DNA of 64,000 bases from Patescibacteria group bacterium (GTDB lineage: Bacteria; Patescibacteriota; Microgenomatia; Levybacterales; UBA12049), in contig JBBTVD010000002.1 in assembly GCA_038063415.1 (NCBI GenBank), forward strand, positions 792 to 64,791, in the 5' to 3' direction. A program made the position numbers and the translations under genes. A model generated the notes under the pieces. The model searched no databases and was not told the origin of the DNA. It saw only the letters and a program-made list of their open reading frames with translations. Below are positions 19,742 to 27,206 of this stretch, in pieces; position 1 is the first letter of the stretch; every line of letters begins with the position of its first letter.

Positions 19742-21016
19742 GTGCTTACCTATGACACGCTTGGAAGACGAATATCTCAGGCAGATCCAGATATGGGAAC
19801 ATGGCAGTACAGTTATGATGCTGTTGGAAATCTTACGCAAAAAACAGATAACCGTAACATCATGACAAGCTATCTCTATGATGAGCTTGATCGCAAAACA
19901 AAAATCGATTATCCCAATGATGTTGATACGGTCTATGCCTATGATGGGAATGGCAAAGTTGGGACCCTCACCTCAATTGTCGATACAGCTGGAATCTTGA
20001 ACTATACCTATGACAACAGATTACGCAAAATAGCAGAATCCCGAAGTATTGATGGAACTACCTGGACAACTCAATTTACTTATGATGCGGTAGATAGAGT
20101 TGTTAGCAAAACCAATCCTGATAGTGAAGTTTCTACCTATACACATAATGCTCAAGGAGAGGTTAACAGCGTCAGCGGTATTCTGAGTGATATTGATTAC
20201 AACGCGCAAAATAAAATAACCAAAAAAATATTTGTCAACGGATTGACGACAAATTATACGTACAATACGACTGATTTTCGATTGAGCAATAGTAAGACTG
20301 GGACGTTGCAAGATATGAGTTATACCTATGATAGCATCGGCAATGTAACAAACGTTATTGACAATCTCCTGAGTAAGACCCAGACGTTTGATTATGATGA
20401 CTTGGATCGATTAGTTACTGCATCAGAAAGTGCTGGATACATACATGAGTATACCTACAATGCTATTGGCAATTTGACTAAGTTTGTCAAAGATGGGACA
20501 ACTATTGATTATACCTATGGACAAAATGCAGGAGTTCATGCCGTAACTTCCTCGACAGAAAACCTACAAACGCCTACACCAACACCAGTAATAACAGCAA
20601 CTCCGACACCAACACAGGCACCATCTGAAATAGAACTCCTCACAAATACCTGGACATTGGCAGGAAACGATGGGTCTGATGAGGAAGACAAACAAATTCC
20701 TGCTGATTCCCTTGTCGGTAAAACGTCAGTACAAGTCACGTTTAATCTTCACGGGACATCCTTTGGTGGGGGAAATGATGAAGCTTCAGTTGTTTTTGTC
20801 CAGAACGGAGACTGGCGTGCAGCAAATGTCATCGTTGCTGGTGGTCAAAATGGGTTAAATGGATCGCAAACGGTGACGATTCCGATGAGTAGTTTCCATA
20901 AAGTAGGGGATACAAGCATACTGCTTGATCCAAATCAAAATGTATCAAATCTCCATGCCCGTTTCTGGAATAGTGGAAGTTTTTCGGTAGATATTACGAG
21001 TGTGAAGGTACAGTAG
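19742..21016 (+). CDS. RHS/YD-repeat protein fragment: more than 10 YD repeats, PT-rich linker, C-terminal beta-rich domain; no N-terminal domain and no canonical start
   Basis: Repeated YxYDxxGNL/YTYD motifs (TYDTLGRR, YSYDAVGNLTQ, YAYDGNGKV, YTYDSIGNVT...). The same frame stays open and YD-like back to about 19442. The TPTPTPVITATPTPTQAP linker is followed by a ~130-aa non-YD domain. Confidence 0.65.
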   Translation: MLTYDTLGRRISQADPDMGTWQYSYDAVGNLTQKTDNRNIMTSYLYDELDRKTKIDYPNDVDTVYAYDGNGKVGTLTSIVDTAGILNYTYDNRLRKIAESRSIDGTTWTTQFTYDAVDRVVSKTNPDSEVSTYTHNAQGEVNSVSGILSDIDYNAQNKITKKIFVNGLTTNYTYNTTDFRLSNSKTGTLQDMSYTYDSIGNVTNVIDNLLSKTQTFDYDDLDRLVTASESAGYIHEYTYNAIGNLTKFVKDGTTIDYTYGQNAGVHAVTSSTENLQTPTPTPVITATPTPTQAPSEIELLTNTWTLAGNDGSDEEDKQIPADSLVGKTSVQVTFNLHGTSFGGGNDEASVVFVQNGDWRAANVIVAGGQNGLNGSQTVTIPMSSFHKVGDTSILLDPNQNVSNLHARFWNSGSFSVDITSVKVQ

Positions 21017-21017
21017 G

Positions 21018-21671
21018 TTACCGGGAAAAGGTAATTGTCTGAATCATCTGTTCAAAGGTTTCAATTTTCTTCGTTACTGATACATCTTTTTCATTGATAT
21101 ACCCTCCTACATACACATTCAGGACATTTCCTCGTTCATTTTTGTCAGTAAGATAATAATTGTGAATATCTTTTGGAAGTGGATTTCTAATTCCATAGCC
21201 GTTATTGATAATTACCCAATCGGTCTTATCTGGATACGTTTTGCAATTACTCCCACAGTCACTTTTTCTAAAGGCGCTAAAGCCATCAATCCCTTTTTTG
21301 TTGGTATTTGCCAAATAAAGCGCTGTCACTTTACCCGGGAGTTTCTTTTTGCTATCTTCAGCAAAAATAAACACGGTAATTCTCCCTTCTGAAGTTTGTC
21401 GCTCATCAATCATAATGTCTTCAGGATACTTCATAGAGTAACGCAATGTTTCGTCAGTAAACGTTTGCCAGGTATCAATAGCTGCGTCAGGCGTTGGTAT
21501 GGTGATAAATTGTGTAGGCTTTGCTGTTGGATATGCTTTGAATGGAGTCGATGTTTGTTTATTGGTAAAAAGGATGCTCGTACCAATAATACCTATCCCA
21601 AGAACAAGAGCGCTAGTAATAAAAACAAGATGCTTTGTTTTCCTTTTTTTCATAGACGTTATCTGATGCAA
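21018..21671 (-). CDS. Hypothetical secreted or membrane-anchored protein
   Basis: 217 aa. N-terminal KKRKTK plus a hydrophobic helix (signal anchor). The rest is hydrophilic with a CGSNC motif. Confidence 0.45.
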   Translation of the reverse strand: MHQITSMKKRKTKHLVFITSALVLGIGIIGTSILFTNKQTSTPFKAYPTAKPTQFITIPTPDAAIDTWQTFTDETLRYSMKYPEDIMIDERQTSEGRITVFIFAEDSKKKLPGKVTALYLANTNKKGIDGFSAFRKSDCGSNCKTYPDKTDWVIINNGYGIRNPLPKDIHNYYLTDKNERGNVLNVYVGGYINEKDVSVTKKIETFEQMIQTITFSR

Positions 21672-21701
21672 TTATACCATAGGTTTGTTATACTAATCCG
21701 T

Positions 21702-22553
21702 ATGCACAAGCTCAGTGTAATCCTCGCTACCTTTAATGAAGAGAAAAATCTCGGCCCCTGTCTTGAGGCGCTTAAAGATATCGCTGACGAATTTGTCATC
21801 GTTGATGGAACATCTACTGATAAGACTGTTGCAATAGCAAAAAGTTACGGGGCTCGCGTGCTTGTCAGGCAGAATGAAAAGATTTTCCATATCAATAAGC
21901 AGAAAGCGCTTGATATGGCACGTAACGAATGGGTACTCCAAATGGATGCTGATGAAATTGTCAGTAAAGAACTTGCCAAAGAAATAATGCAAGTTATTAC
22001 TATGACGAAAGAAGAGCTTGAGGCATATCAAGAGAAGCTCCCAAACAAAAAACTTTTTCTTCGTCATCAGAAACTTCTGGCAGACCGTGATGGCAATATT
22101 GGTACAGAAGGTGGAGATTATGCCGCCTTTTTTATCCCACGTCTTAACTACTTCCTGGGTAAATACCTTCGATATGGAGGTGTCTATCCTGATGGGGTAA
22201 TCCGTCTTATCAAAAAAAGTAAATCACATTTCCCTTGTGTAAGCGTGCATGAACAGATAGCTGTCGATGGTCGAGTGGGCTGGCTCCAACATGATCTGTT
22301 GCATATGGCCGACCCCACTTTTGAGCGGTATCTCAAACGAAACAGTCGTTATATAAATCTGATTGTTGATGAACTCAAACAAGAAAAACATGTCTCAGCA
22401 TTTGCGTATATGGTGACACTTCCTCTTGGTTGGTTCTTCGCAACGACTTTTCGCCATAAGGGAATCCTTGATGGTTGGCAAGGGGTAACCTTCTCGTTTT
22501 TCTCTGCGCTTCGTTTCCCTCGGGCATATCTACGGTACAAAAAACAAAAGTAG
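21702..22553 (+). CDS. GT2 glycosyltransferase (WaaE/KdtX-like)
   Basis: MHKLSVILATFNEEKNLGPCL...VIVDGTSTDKT...MDADE. The ORF-track start at 21396 is a spurious extension overlapping the minus-strand gene; ATG at 21702 is preferred. Confidence 0.75.
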   Translation: MHKLSVILATFNEEKNLGPCLEALKDIADEFVIVDGTSTDKTVAIAKSYGARVLVRQNEKIFHINKQKALDMARNEWVLQMDADEIVSKELAKEIMQVITMTKEELEAYQEKLPNKKLFLRHQKLLADRDGNIGTEGGDYAAFFIPRLNYFLGKYLRYGGVYPDGVIRLIKKSKSHFPCVSVHEQIAVDGRVGWLQHDLLHMADPTFERYLKRNSRYINLIVDELKQEKHVSAFAYMVTLPLGWFFATTFRHKGILDGWQGVTFSFFSALRFPRAYLRYKKQK

Positions 22554-22570
22554 TTTCTTTGCAAAAGCCT

Positions 22571-22612
22571 TTGACGTTTTGTCAAGAATCTTGACACGTT
22601 TATCTATTGACA
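22571..22612 (+). promoter_or_regulatory. Overlapping TTGACA-containing palindromes (candidate operator and -35 elements)
   Basis: TTGACGTTTTGTCAA at 22571-22585, TGTCAAGAATCTTGACA at 22580-22596, TTGACA at 22607-22612. A possible -10 TATACT lies at 22632-22637 (19-bp spacer). Confidence 0.3.
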
Positions 22613-22644
22613 AGAGAGAAGGTGTGTCGTGTATACTTAATGCG

Positions 22645-22668
22645 GAGACATTTGTCTCTTTTTTTTAT
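22645..22668 (+). terminator. Short hairpin (GAGAC-ATTT-GTCTC) followed by a T9 run, located between the candidate promoter and the ATG at 22680 (terminator or leader attenuator)
   Basis: Read directly in the sequence; the stem is only 5-6 bp. Confidence 0.3.
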
Positions 22669-22679
22669 ACCATACTATT

Positions 22680-23595
22680 GTGAGAAACAGACTGACTGCC
22701 CTTATTGTTCTCGTGCTTGGATTTTTTTCGTTTTCCATTGCTCCTGTCTTTGCTATTGAAGCAATTCCAATCCCCAGGTCTCCCTACTCTTTTGTCGGTG
22801 CTTATCAAACAGATCTTTTTACAGGGAGCGGCAATTATAATTATCCACTCAAAGTCCCAAAAGGGGTTAATGATCTTACTCCAGAGGTAAACCTTTCTTA
22901 TAATAGTTCGTCGGGTTATTCGTTCTCTTCTTTTGTTGGGAATGGTTGGCAGATAAATCGTGATTATATTGAGCGCGATGTCAATTTTACTCCCGCCAAT
23001 AGTAGTACGGGAGATGACAAGTTTAAACTATCGCTCAACGGTTCAGTCTATGAATTCCCGACTGAGTAACGTTACCGTCAAGACAAATAATACACTCGTT
23101 CGGCAATACGACTTTGCTTTTTCACTTGCAGAAAGTAACCAGAGTCTCCTCAATTCCATTACTGAGAAAGGAAGCGACGGATCATCCCTCCCACCAACGA
23201 CTTTTGCGTATAAACCAGAAATCAAAAGTTGGAATTCCCAAAAAGAAATTTGGATAAATAATGCCTATATTGATTCCAATCTTGAGAGGCAAGATACAGC
23301 CCTTGCAGATGTTAATGGAGATGGCTATCCCGATATTGTCAGAACAGTACATCATGGAGGACCAAATGTTACTTGGAAAGTGCTCTACAACCAGGGAGGC
23401 AATAGTTGGTCTACCCAATTTCAAGTTGTAATAAATAACGTAGCAATGGAAGATGCTCGTCTTGATCGTAATGATGTAAGACTTGTTGATGTGACTGGTG
23501 ACCAGCTCCCTGATATTGTTATGGCAGTAACATCAAACCCATGGAGGGTTTGGAGAATAACCACCACCCTAACCACCACCCTCCAGGTGGAGTAG
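22680..23595 (+). pseudogene. RHS/Tc-toxin-type N-terminal region: signal peptide, SpvB-like domain, VCBS/FG-GAP-like mid domain. Frameshifted near 23040-23070 and 3'-truncated by a REP insertion
   Basis: DLFTGSGNYNYPLKVPKGVNDLTPEVNLSYNSSSG...GNGWQ matches the SpvB/TcdB N-domain signature. DVNGDGYPDIV and DVTGDQLPDIV are VCBS-like. Two overlapping ORFs (22680..23069 frame 0; 22960..23595 frame 1). The last codons (TTTLTTTLQVE) are encoded by REP DNA. Confidence 0.65.
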
Positions 23596-23697
23596 GTTTA
23601 CACCCAATACATTTCCCGCTAGTAAGAAAATAGAGAGAGGAGTAACAACCACCCTCCAGGTGAACCACCACCCTTCAGGTGAAACAGCTTTACACCT
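23559..23697. repeat. REP-like palindromic elements, three partial or complete copies in inverted orientation relative to the downstream copies
   Basis: AACCACCACCCTCCAGGTGGAGTAGGTTTACACC at 23571-23605 and AACCACCCTCCAGGTGAACCACCACCCTTCAGGTGAAACAGCTTTACACC at 23647-23697. The reverse complement begins GGTGTAAAGCT like the copy at 24468. Confidence 0.6.
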
Positions 23698-23792
23698 ATA
23701 AATTGATTAAAAAAGGGAGAGTGAATATCCCCATATAGAATGTCTATTTTTAAGATATTAAACAACCAATTTTATTAGACTAAAATAATACT

Positions 23793-24464
23793 ATGGCAGC
23801 TAATCGGAAGTTAATATTTTTGAATGAAAGTTATTATCATGTATTTAACCGAGGTATTGATAGGCGAGTAACATTTACAAACAAACGAGAACATGATCGT
23901 GCAATAGAGCTTCTTTCTTTTTATCAATATGCAACGATCCCCCTCCGTTATTCTCATTTTTCCTTATTGCCAGAAGATAAAAAAGAGGAATATTTATCGA
24001 CAATGATAAGCAGTGGAAAGATAGTAGATGTGATTGCTTATAGCCTTATGCCAAATCATTTTCATCTACTCCTCAAACAAAAGAAAGAAAAAGGAATAGC
24101 AACATATCTTGCGAACTTTATGAACGCATACACAAAGTACTTTAATACAAAACATGCCAGAACAGGGTCATTATTTCAAGGAATATTTAAAGCAATATAT
24201 GTCGAAACAGATGAACAGCTTATTCATCTCACCTGTTATATCCATCTTAATCCCGTAGCATCCAGTCTGATCTCTCCAGCGCAGTTAACAACCTATATGT
24301 GGTCATCGTATCCAGCTTATATTGGTATAGATACCGATAATTTAGTAAGTCGTGATGCTATACAATCAATTAAAGCATTGGTTAATAGTTACGAAGATTT
24401 TGTAAAAGATCAAATAGCCTATGCAAAAGAACTTGAAAAGATTAAGCATATGACTTTTGAATAA
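23793..24464 (+). CDS. REP-associated tyrosine transposase (RAYT, IS200-like Y1 transposase family)
   Basis: YHVFNRGIDRRVTF N-terminal motif, HxH motif YSLMPNHFHLLL, C-terminal YIHLNPVASSLISPAQLTTYMWSSY (catalytic Tyr region). Confidence 0.8.
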   Translation: MAANRKLIFLNESYYHVFNRGIDRRVTFTNKREHDRAIELLSFYQYATIPLRYSHFSLLPEDKKEEYLSTMISSGKIVDVIAYSLMPNHFHLLLKQKKEKGIATYLANFMNAYTKYFNTKHARTGSLFQGIFKAIYVETDEQLIHLTCYIHLNPVASSLISPAQLTTYMWSSYPAYIGIDTDNLVSRDAIQSIKALVNSYEDFVKDQIAYAKELEKIKHMTFE

Positions 24465-24467
24465 TAA

Positions 24468-24518
24468 GGTGTAAAGCTAAAACACCCTCCGGGTGGCGAT
24501 CTCCCGGGTGGCGATCTC
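24468..24518. repeat. REP-like element (forward orientation)
   Basis: GGTGTAAAGCTAAAACACCCTCCGGGTGGCGATCTCCCGGGTGGCGATCTC. Hairpin CACCC-TCC-GGGTG plus a duplicated CCGGGTGGCGATCTC. Confidence 0.6.
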
Positions 24519-24653
24519 TAGTAGCGGTAAAATTCTCTCTCATAAGTCTCTCCCGCAGTCTTACAGGTATTAATATCGTTCTCTTTTGTGATTGGAAGTG
24601 ACTGCAATTTTTGCAGATTGATACTTTCACCCGTAAAGTTATAAAATAACCTT

Positions 24654-25606
24654 ATGAGTTCAGAGGGTTCAGGAGAATATATAGGCGTACCGACTGGAGG
24701 GATACCAAAAAGCGTCTTCCGATTTGATCCCACAAGGAGAGACCAAACCTTTACTACCGCTTCAGGAGCAAGATTGGTCGGAGATGTCACCAGAGACAGA
24801 ATTTTTATTCACAACCCTAACGGATTTGGTGAATTTGGTGCAAAAATAGAAACGTACAACGGAAAGCCTCTGGTGCGCTTTACCATTAACAATGTACTTT
24901 GGGGACCACAGGGACACAGGGACACAGGGACACAGGGACACGGGCAAAGCATCCTGACATTTATCCAGCAAGGCTTCTTGCGGAAACGATGCGATACTTT
25001 CGGGAGCAAGGACATGATATTCGCTACCTAAAAGGTGATTGGACAGATGCACCACAAGAAGGAACAAATTATAATCAGTATTGGAACTATTTACGAGGAT
25101 TAGGAAAAGACACTTTCACCGATGCAGATAAGGCAGCGGCAGCACGACGGACATGGACAGGAAACCAAGCTCGCCTCTATGGTTTCACTGATGTCGTGGA
25201 TGTTCGGGAACTACAAGATGCTTTTGAAAGAAAGGTTGTGGTTATCTTTGGCAAGCCTCAAGAGCAAGCTCCATCACCACCCTCAGCTGAGCCTCAAAAA
25301 ATAACACCTCCACCAACTCCTGAGACAGGCGTTTCAGTAGGTGGAGGAGCAAGTATCCGAGTAGCAAAAGAGTAGCTTGGGACTGCTGATGAAAAACTAA
25401 CTGAGGTTGTTGGCATTTTAGGTCAGTCAGCACAAGAGATTGAGGATATCCGTGGCGCAGTTCTCGCCGTCGCTGAGGGGTTAAATAATCCCGCTATTGC
25501 CAATTTATTAGCTGCATTGGAAAATCTGAATGATGCCGCACAACAAGGTGCTGGTCGTCTTGAAAATGCAAGAGTTGATACGGAAGAGTATCGAGAGAAT
25601 TTATAG
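24654..25606 (+). pseudogene. Toxin-like / RHS-C-terminal-like ORF of unknown family, split by a frameshift inside an 8-bp tandem repeat and by an in-frame TAG
   Basis: Frame 0 ORF 24654..25031 and frame 2 ORF 24899..25375 are each meaningful only on their own side of the repeat. The frame stays open after the TAG at 25373-25375 to 25606 with no start codon. A PT-rich linker is present. Confidence 0.4.
24902..24942 (+). repeat. 8-bp tandem repeat GGGACACA x5 (3 perfect copies at 24911-24934 plus 2 imperfect flanking) inside a coding region
   Basis: Read directly. Encodes a GTQGHRDT repeat. Unit length is not a multiple of 3. Confidence 0.85.
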
Positions 25607-25690
25607 CCACTCTATACCAAACAACTTAATCACGAACTCCCCCCCCGTCTTGCTGTCTCTTTTTCGCTTCTTCCATAAGTTTACGATGAT

Positions 25691-25720
25691 AACCACCCTC
25701 TAGGTAGAATAGCTTTACAC
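25691..25720. repeat. REP-like element (reverse orientation)
   Basis: AACCACCCTCTAGGTAGAATAGCTTTACAC. Confidence 0.55.
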
Positions 25721-25747
25721 ATGCTACGTTGGTAGAAGTAAGGGGGA

Positions 25748-25795
25748 GGTGTAAACTTAGACCACCCGTCGGGTGGTAATTACCGGGTGGTAATT
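25748..25795. repeat. REP-like element (forward orientation), head-to-head with 25691-25720
   Basis: GGTGTAAACTTAGACCACCCGTCGGGTGGTAATTACCGGGTGGTAATT. Hairpin ACCACCCG-T-CGGGTGGT; palindrome GGTAATTACC. Confidence 0.6.
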
Positions 25796-26088
25796 ATTTT
25801 ATTGGATACTTGCAAATATATTTGTATTGTTTATTCAAATTGTTATCTTTATTTTATATGTGATTTTAGTTGCAGATATTGGTTTTAAGCTTGATCCTGA
25901 AGTAGAGAACTCAATAGTTCCATAATTTTTTGCTTCAGCGAGCAGCATCTCTCTTTCTTACTTTGCATTCAGTAAGTTACGTTATTCGATTATTAAACTT
26001 GTACTGACATTCTTACTTGGAATAGTGTTATCTGTTATTGGATTTGTCGCAGTAATAATAGCTTTTCAAGCAATTTAGCTTAATATGA

Positions 26089-26208
26089 CTACAGTATGAT
26101 GCCAATGGGAATATGACATCGGATGGGACCAAATGCTATGAGTACAATGAAGCCAATCAGATGGTGAAGGTGAAGAAGTGCAGTAACAACCAGACGATAG
26201 CAGAGTAA
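26089..26208 (+). pseudogene. Remnant of a YD (RHS) repeat, 39 codons without start
   Basis: Translation LQYDANGNMTSDGTKCYEYNEANQMVKVKK... fits the YD repeat consensus YDxxGN..S....Y.Y.......V. Confidence 0.45.
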
Positions 26209-26467
26209 ATACTCATAAATCTCCCTTCATCAGCTCACTACGCCTATTCCATTCTTTCCAACCTATAAGAGCAATAGTCGTCATTAATGGTATGGCTAAA
26301 ATCCACAAGGCTAAATATACCCCAATCTTGAGGCTAGACACAACATTTTCAACTCTTTCCACAAGACGTGTGCTCATGGTTAGAGTCGTTGGTAAAGTTG
26401 CTGCATTCATATGTCCCGTAGTATATCGACATGTTACTATTTTGTCAATAGTTATTGGTGTAAGAGG

Positions 26468-26515
26468 TGGTGTAAATCCATACCACCCGTCGGGTGGTAA
26501 TTGCGGGTGGTAATT
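26468..26515. repeat. REP-like element (forward orientation)
   Basis: GGTGTAAATCCATACCACCCGTCGGGTGGTAATTGCGGGTGGTAATTG. Confidence 0.6.
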
Positions 26516-26609
26516 GTTATCTCAATCAGCCCTAGGGGTTGCATTCGTTTCTAGAATACGGGCGCCGAATGGGTTTGACACATATTTTTATAAGGATTAT
26601 ACTCATGCA

Positions 26610-26861
26610 ATGAAAGAAAAACAGCCAACAAGAAGAGAGGCAATCGGTCTCGGCTTAAGTGCGATGGTAATTGCAACCAGCTGCAGTTCAGAAGGGCAAC
26701 CTTCTTCTGAAGCATTGAACAGCCAAGATTGGCTATTAAGGTCAGACGATCCTAATCTTATTCATACGGTAGAAAATTTTCTTCTTGAAACTAGCAATAC
26801 GTTATCGCTGTTGAAGCTGCACAACCCTATTCCAAACTACCTTCAACAGCGCTCCCTATAG
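26610..26861 (+). CDS. Small putative Tat-signal lipoprotein
   Basis: MKEKQPTRREAIGLGLSAMVIATSCSS: twin-arginine motif, hydrophobic core and a lipobox-like ATSC. The ORF-track start at 26514 overlaps REP DNA. Confidence 0.35.
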   Translation: MKEKQPTRREAIGLGLSAMVIATSCSSEGQPSSEALNSQDWLLRSDDPNLIHTVENFLLETSNTLSLLKLHNPIPNYLQQRSL

Positions 26862-27206
26862 AACAAAAGCACTTTAGATTTAAGCAAGAAAACAATACCT
26901 ATGATCAGTTCAATTAAGAAGTCCCCAAACAGCTACAAAACCAGCTTCTAGCGAGATATGGGGATCAATAGATAATGGAGAAACACGTGTAACCATCCTT
27001 GTCCGAAGTGATGAATATGGGGTTACAGTAGGAAGATCACATCAAAATTCACACACCGATGTAAGTCCAACTCCAACTCCACAATCTTCAGCTATTGATC
27101 CAGAAAATGCCGAAAATGCCTTGGAACAAGCACGTATCTTCTTCGCTGATATACAACAAGCAGCAGAATCTTAGCATAGATTCTTGCTCCGGTCAGGTTG
27201 CCACTT

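Larger units (their letters stand above)
23559..24518 (+). mobile_element. REPtron: RAYT gene flanked by inverted REP elements
   Basis: REP copies in opposite orientation on both sides of the Y1 transposase gene. Confidence 0.6.

Noticed and set aside
19742-21016. Numerous antisense and alternate-frame ORFs (for example 20021..20311, 20536..20739, 20670..20858) within the YD-repeat region
   Set aside because: They are I/V/F-rich antisense translations of Y/D/N/T codons, which is a compositional artefact of the repeat. They have no start context or conservation signal.
21396-21701. N-terminal 102 codons of the ORF-track GT2 gene 21396..22553
   Set aside because: This stretch overlaps the minus-strand gene 21018..21671 and has no GT2 features. 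The canonical GT2 N-terminus MHKLSVILATFNEE starts at the ATG at 21702.
25373-25375. In-frame TAG followed by a continuing open frame: stop-codon reassignment or programmed readthrough
   Set aside because: It is a single occurrence inside a locus that is already frameshifted and REP-invaded. Genes in the window terminate normally at TAA, TAG and TGA. Nonsense mutation in a pseudogene is the simpler explanation.
26213-26410. 65-aa minus-strand ORF with one hydrophobic helix next to the YD remnant
   Set aside because: There is no recognisable motif and it lies in a decayed AT-rich segment between REP copies. It could be real, but the evidence is insufficient to call it.
23559-26515. Possible CRISPR array, because of repeated GGTGTAAA...CCGGGTGGTAATT elements
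   Set aside because: The copies are irregularly spaced (hundreds of bp to more than 1 kb), occur in both orientations and differ in length. No cas genes are present. A RAYT sits among them, so REP elements explain them better.
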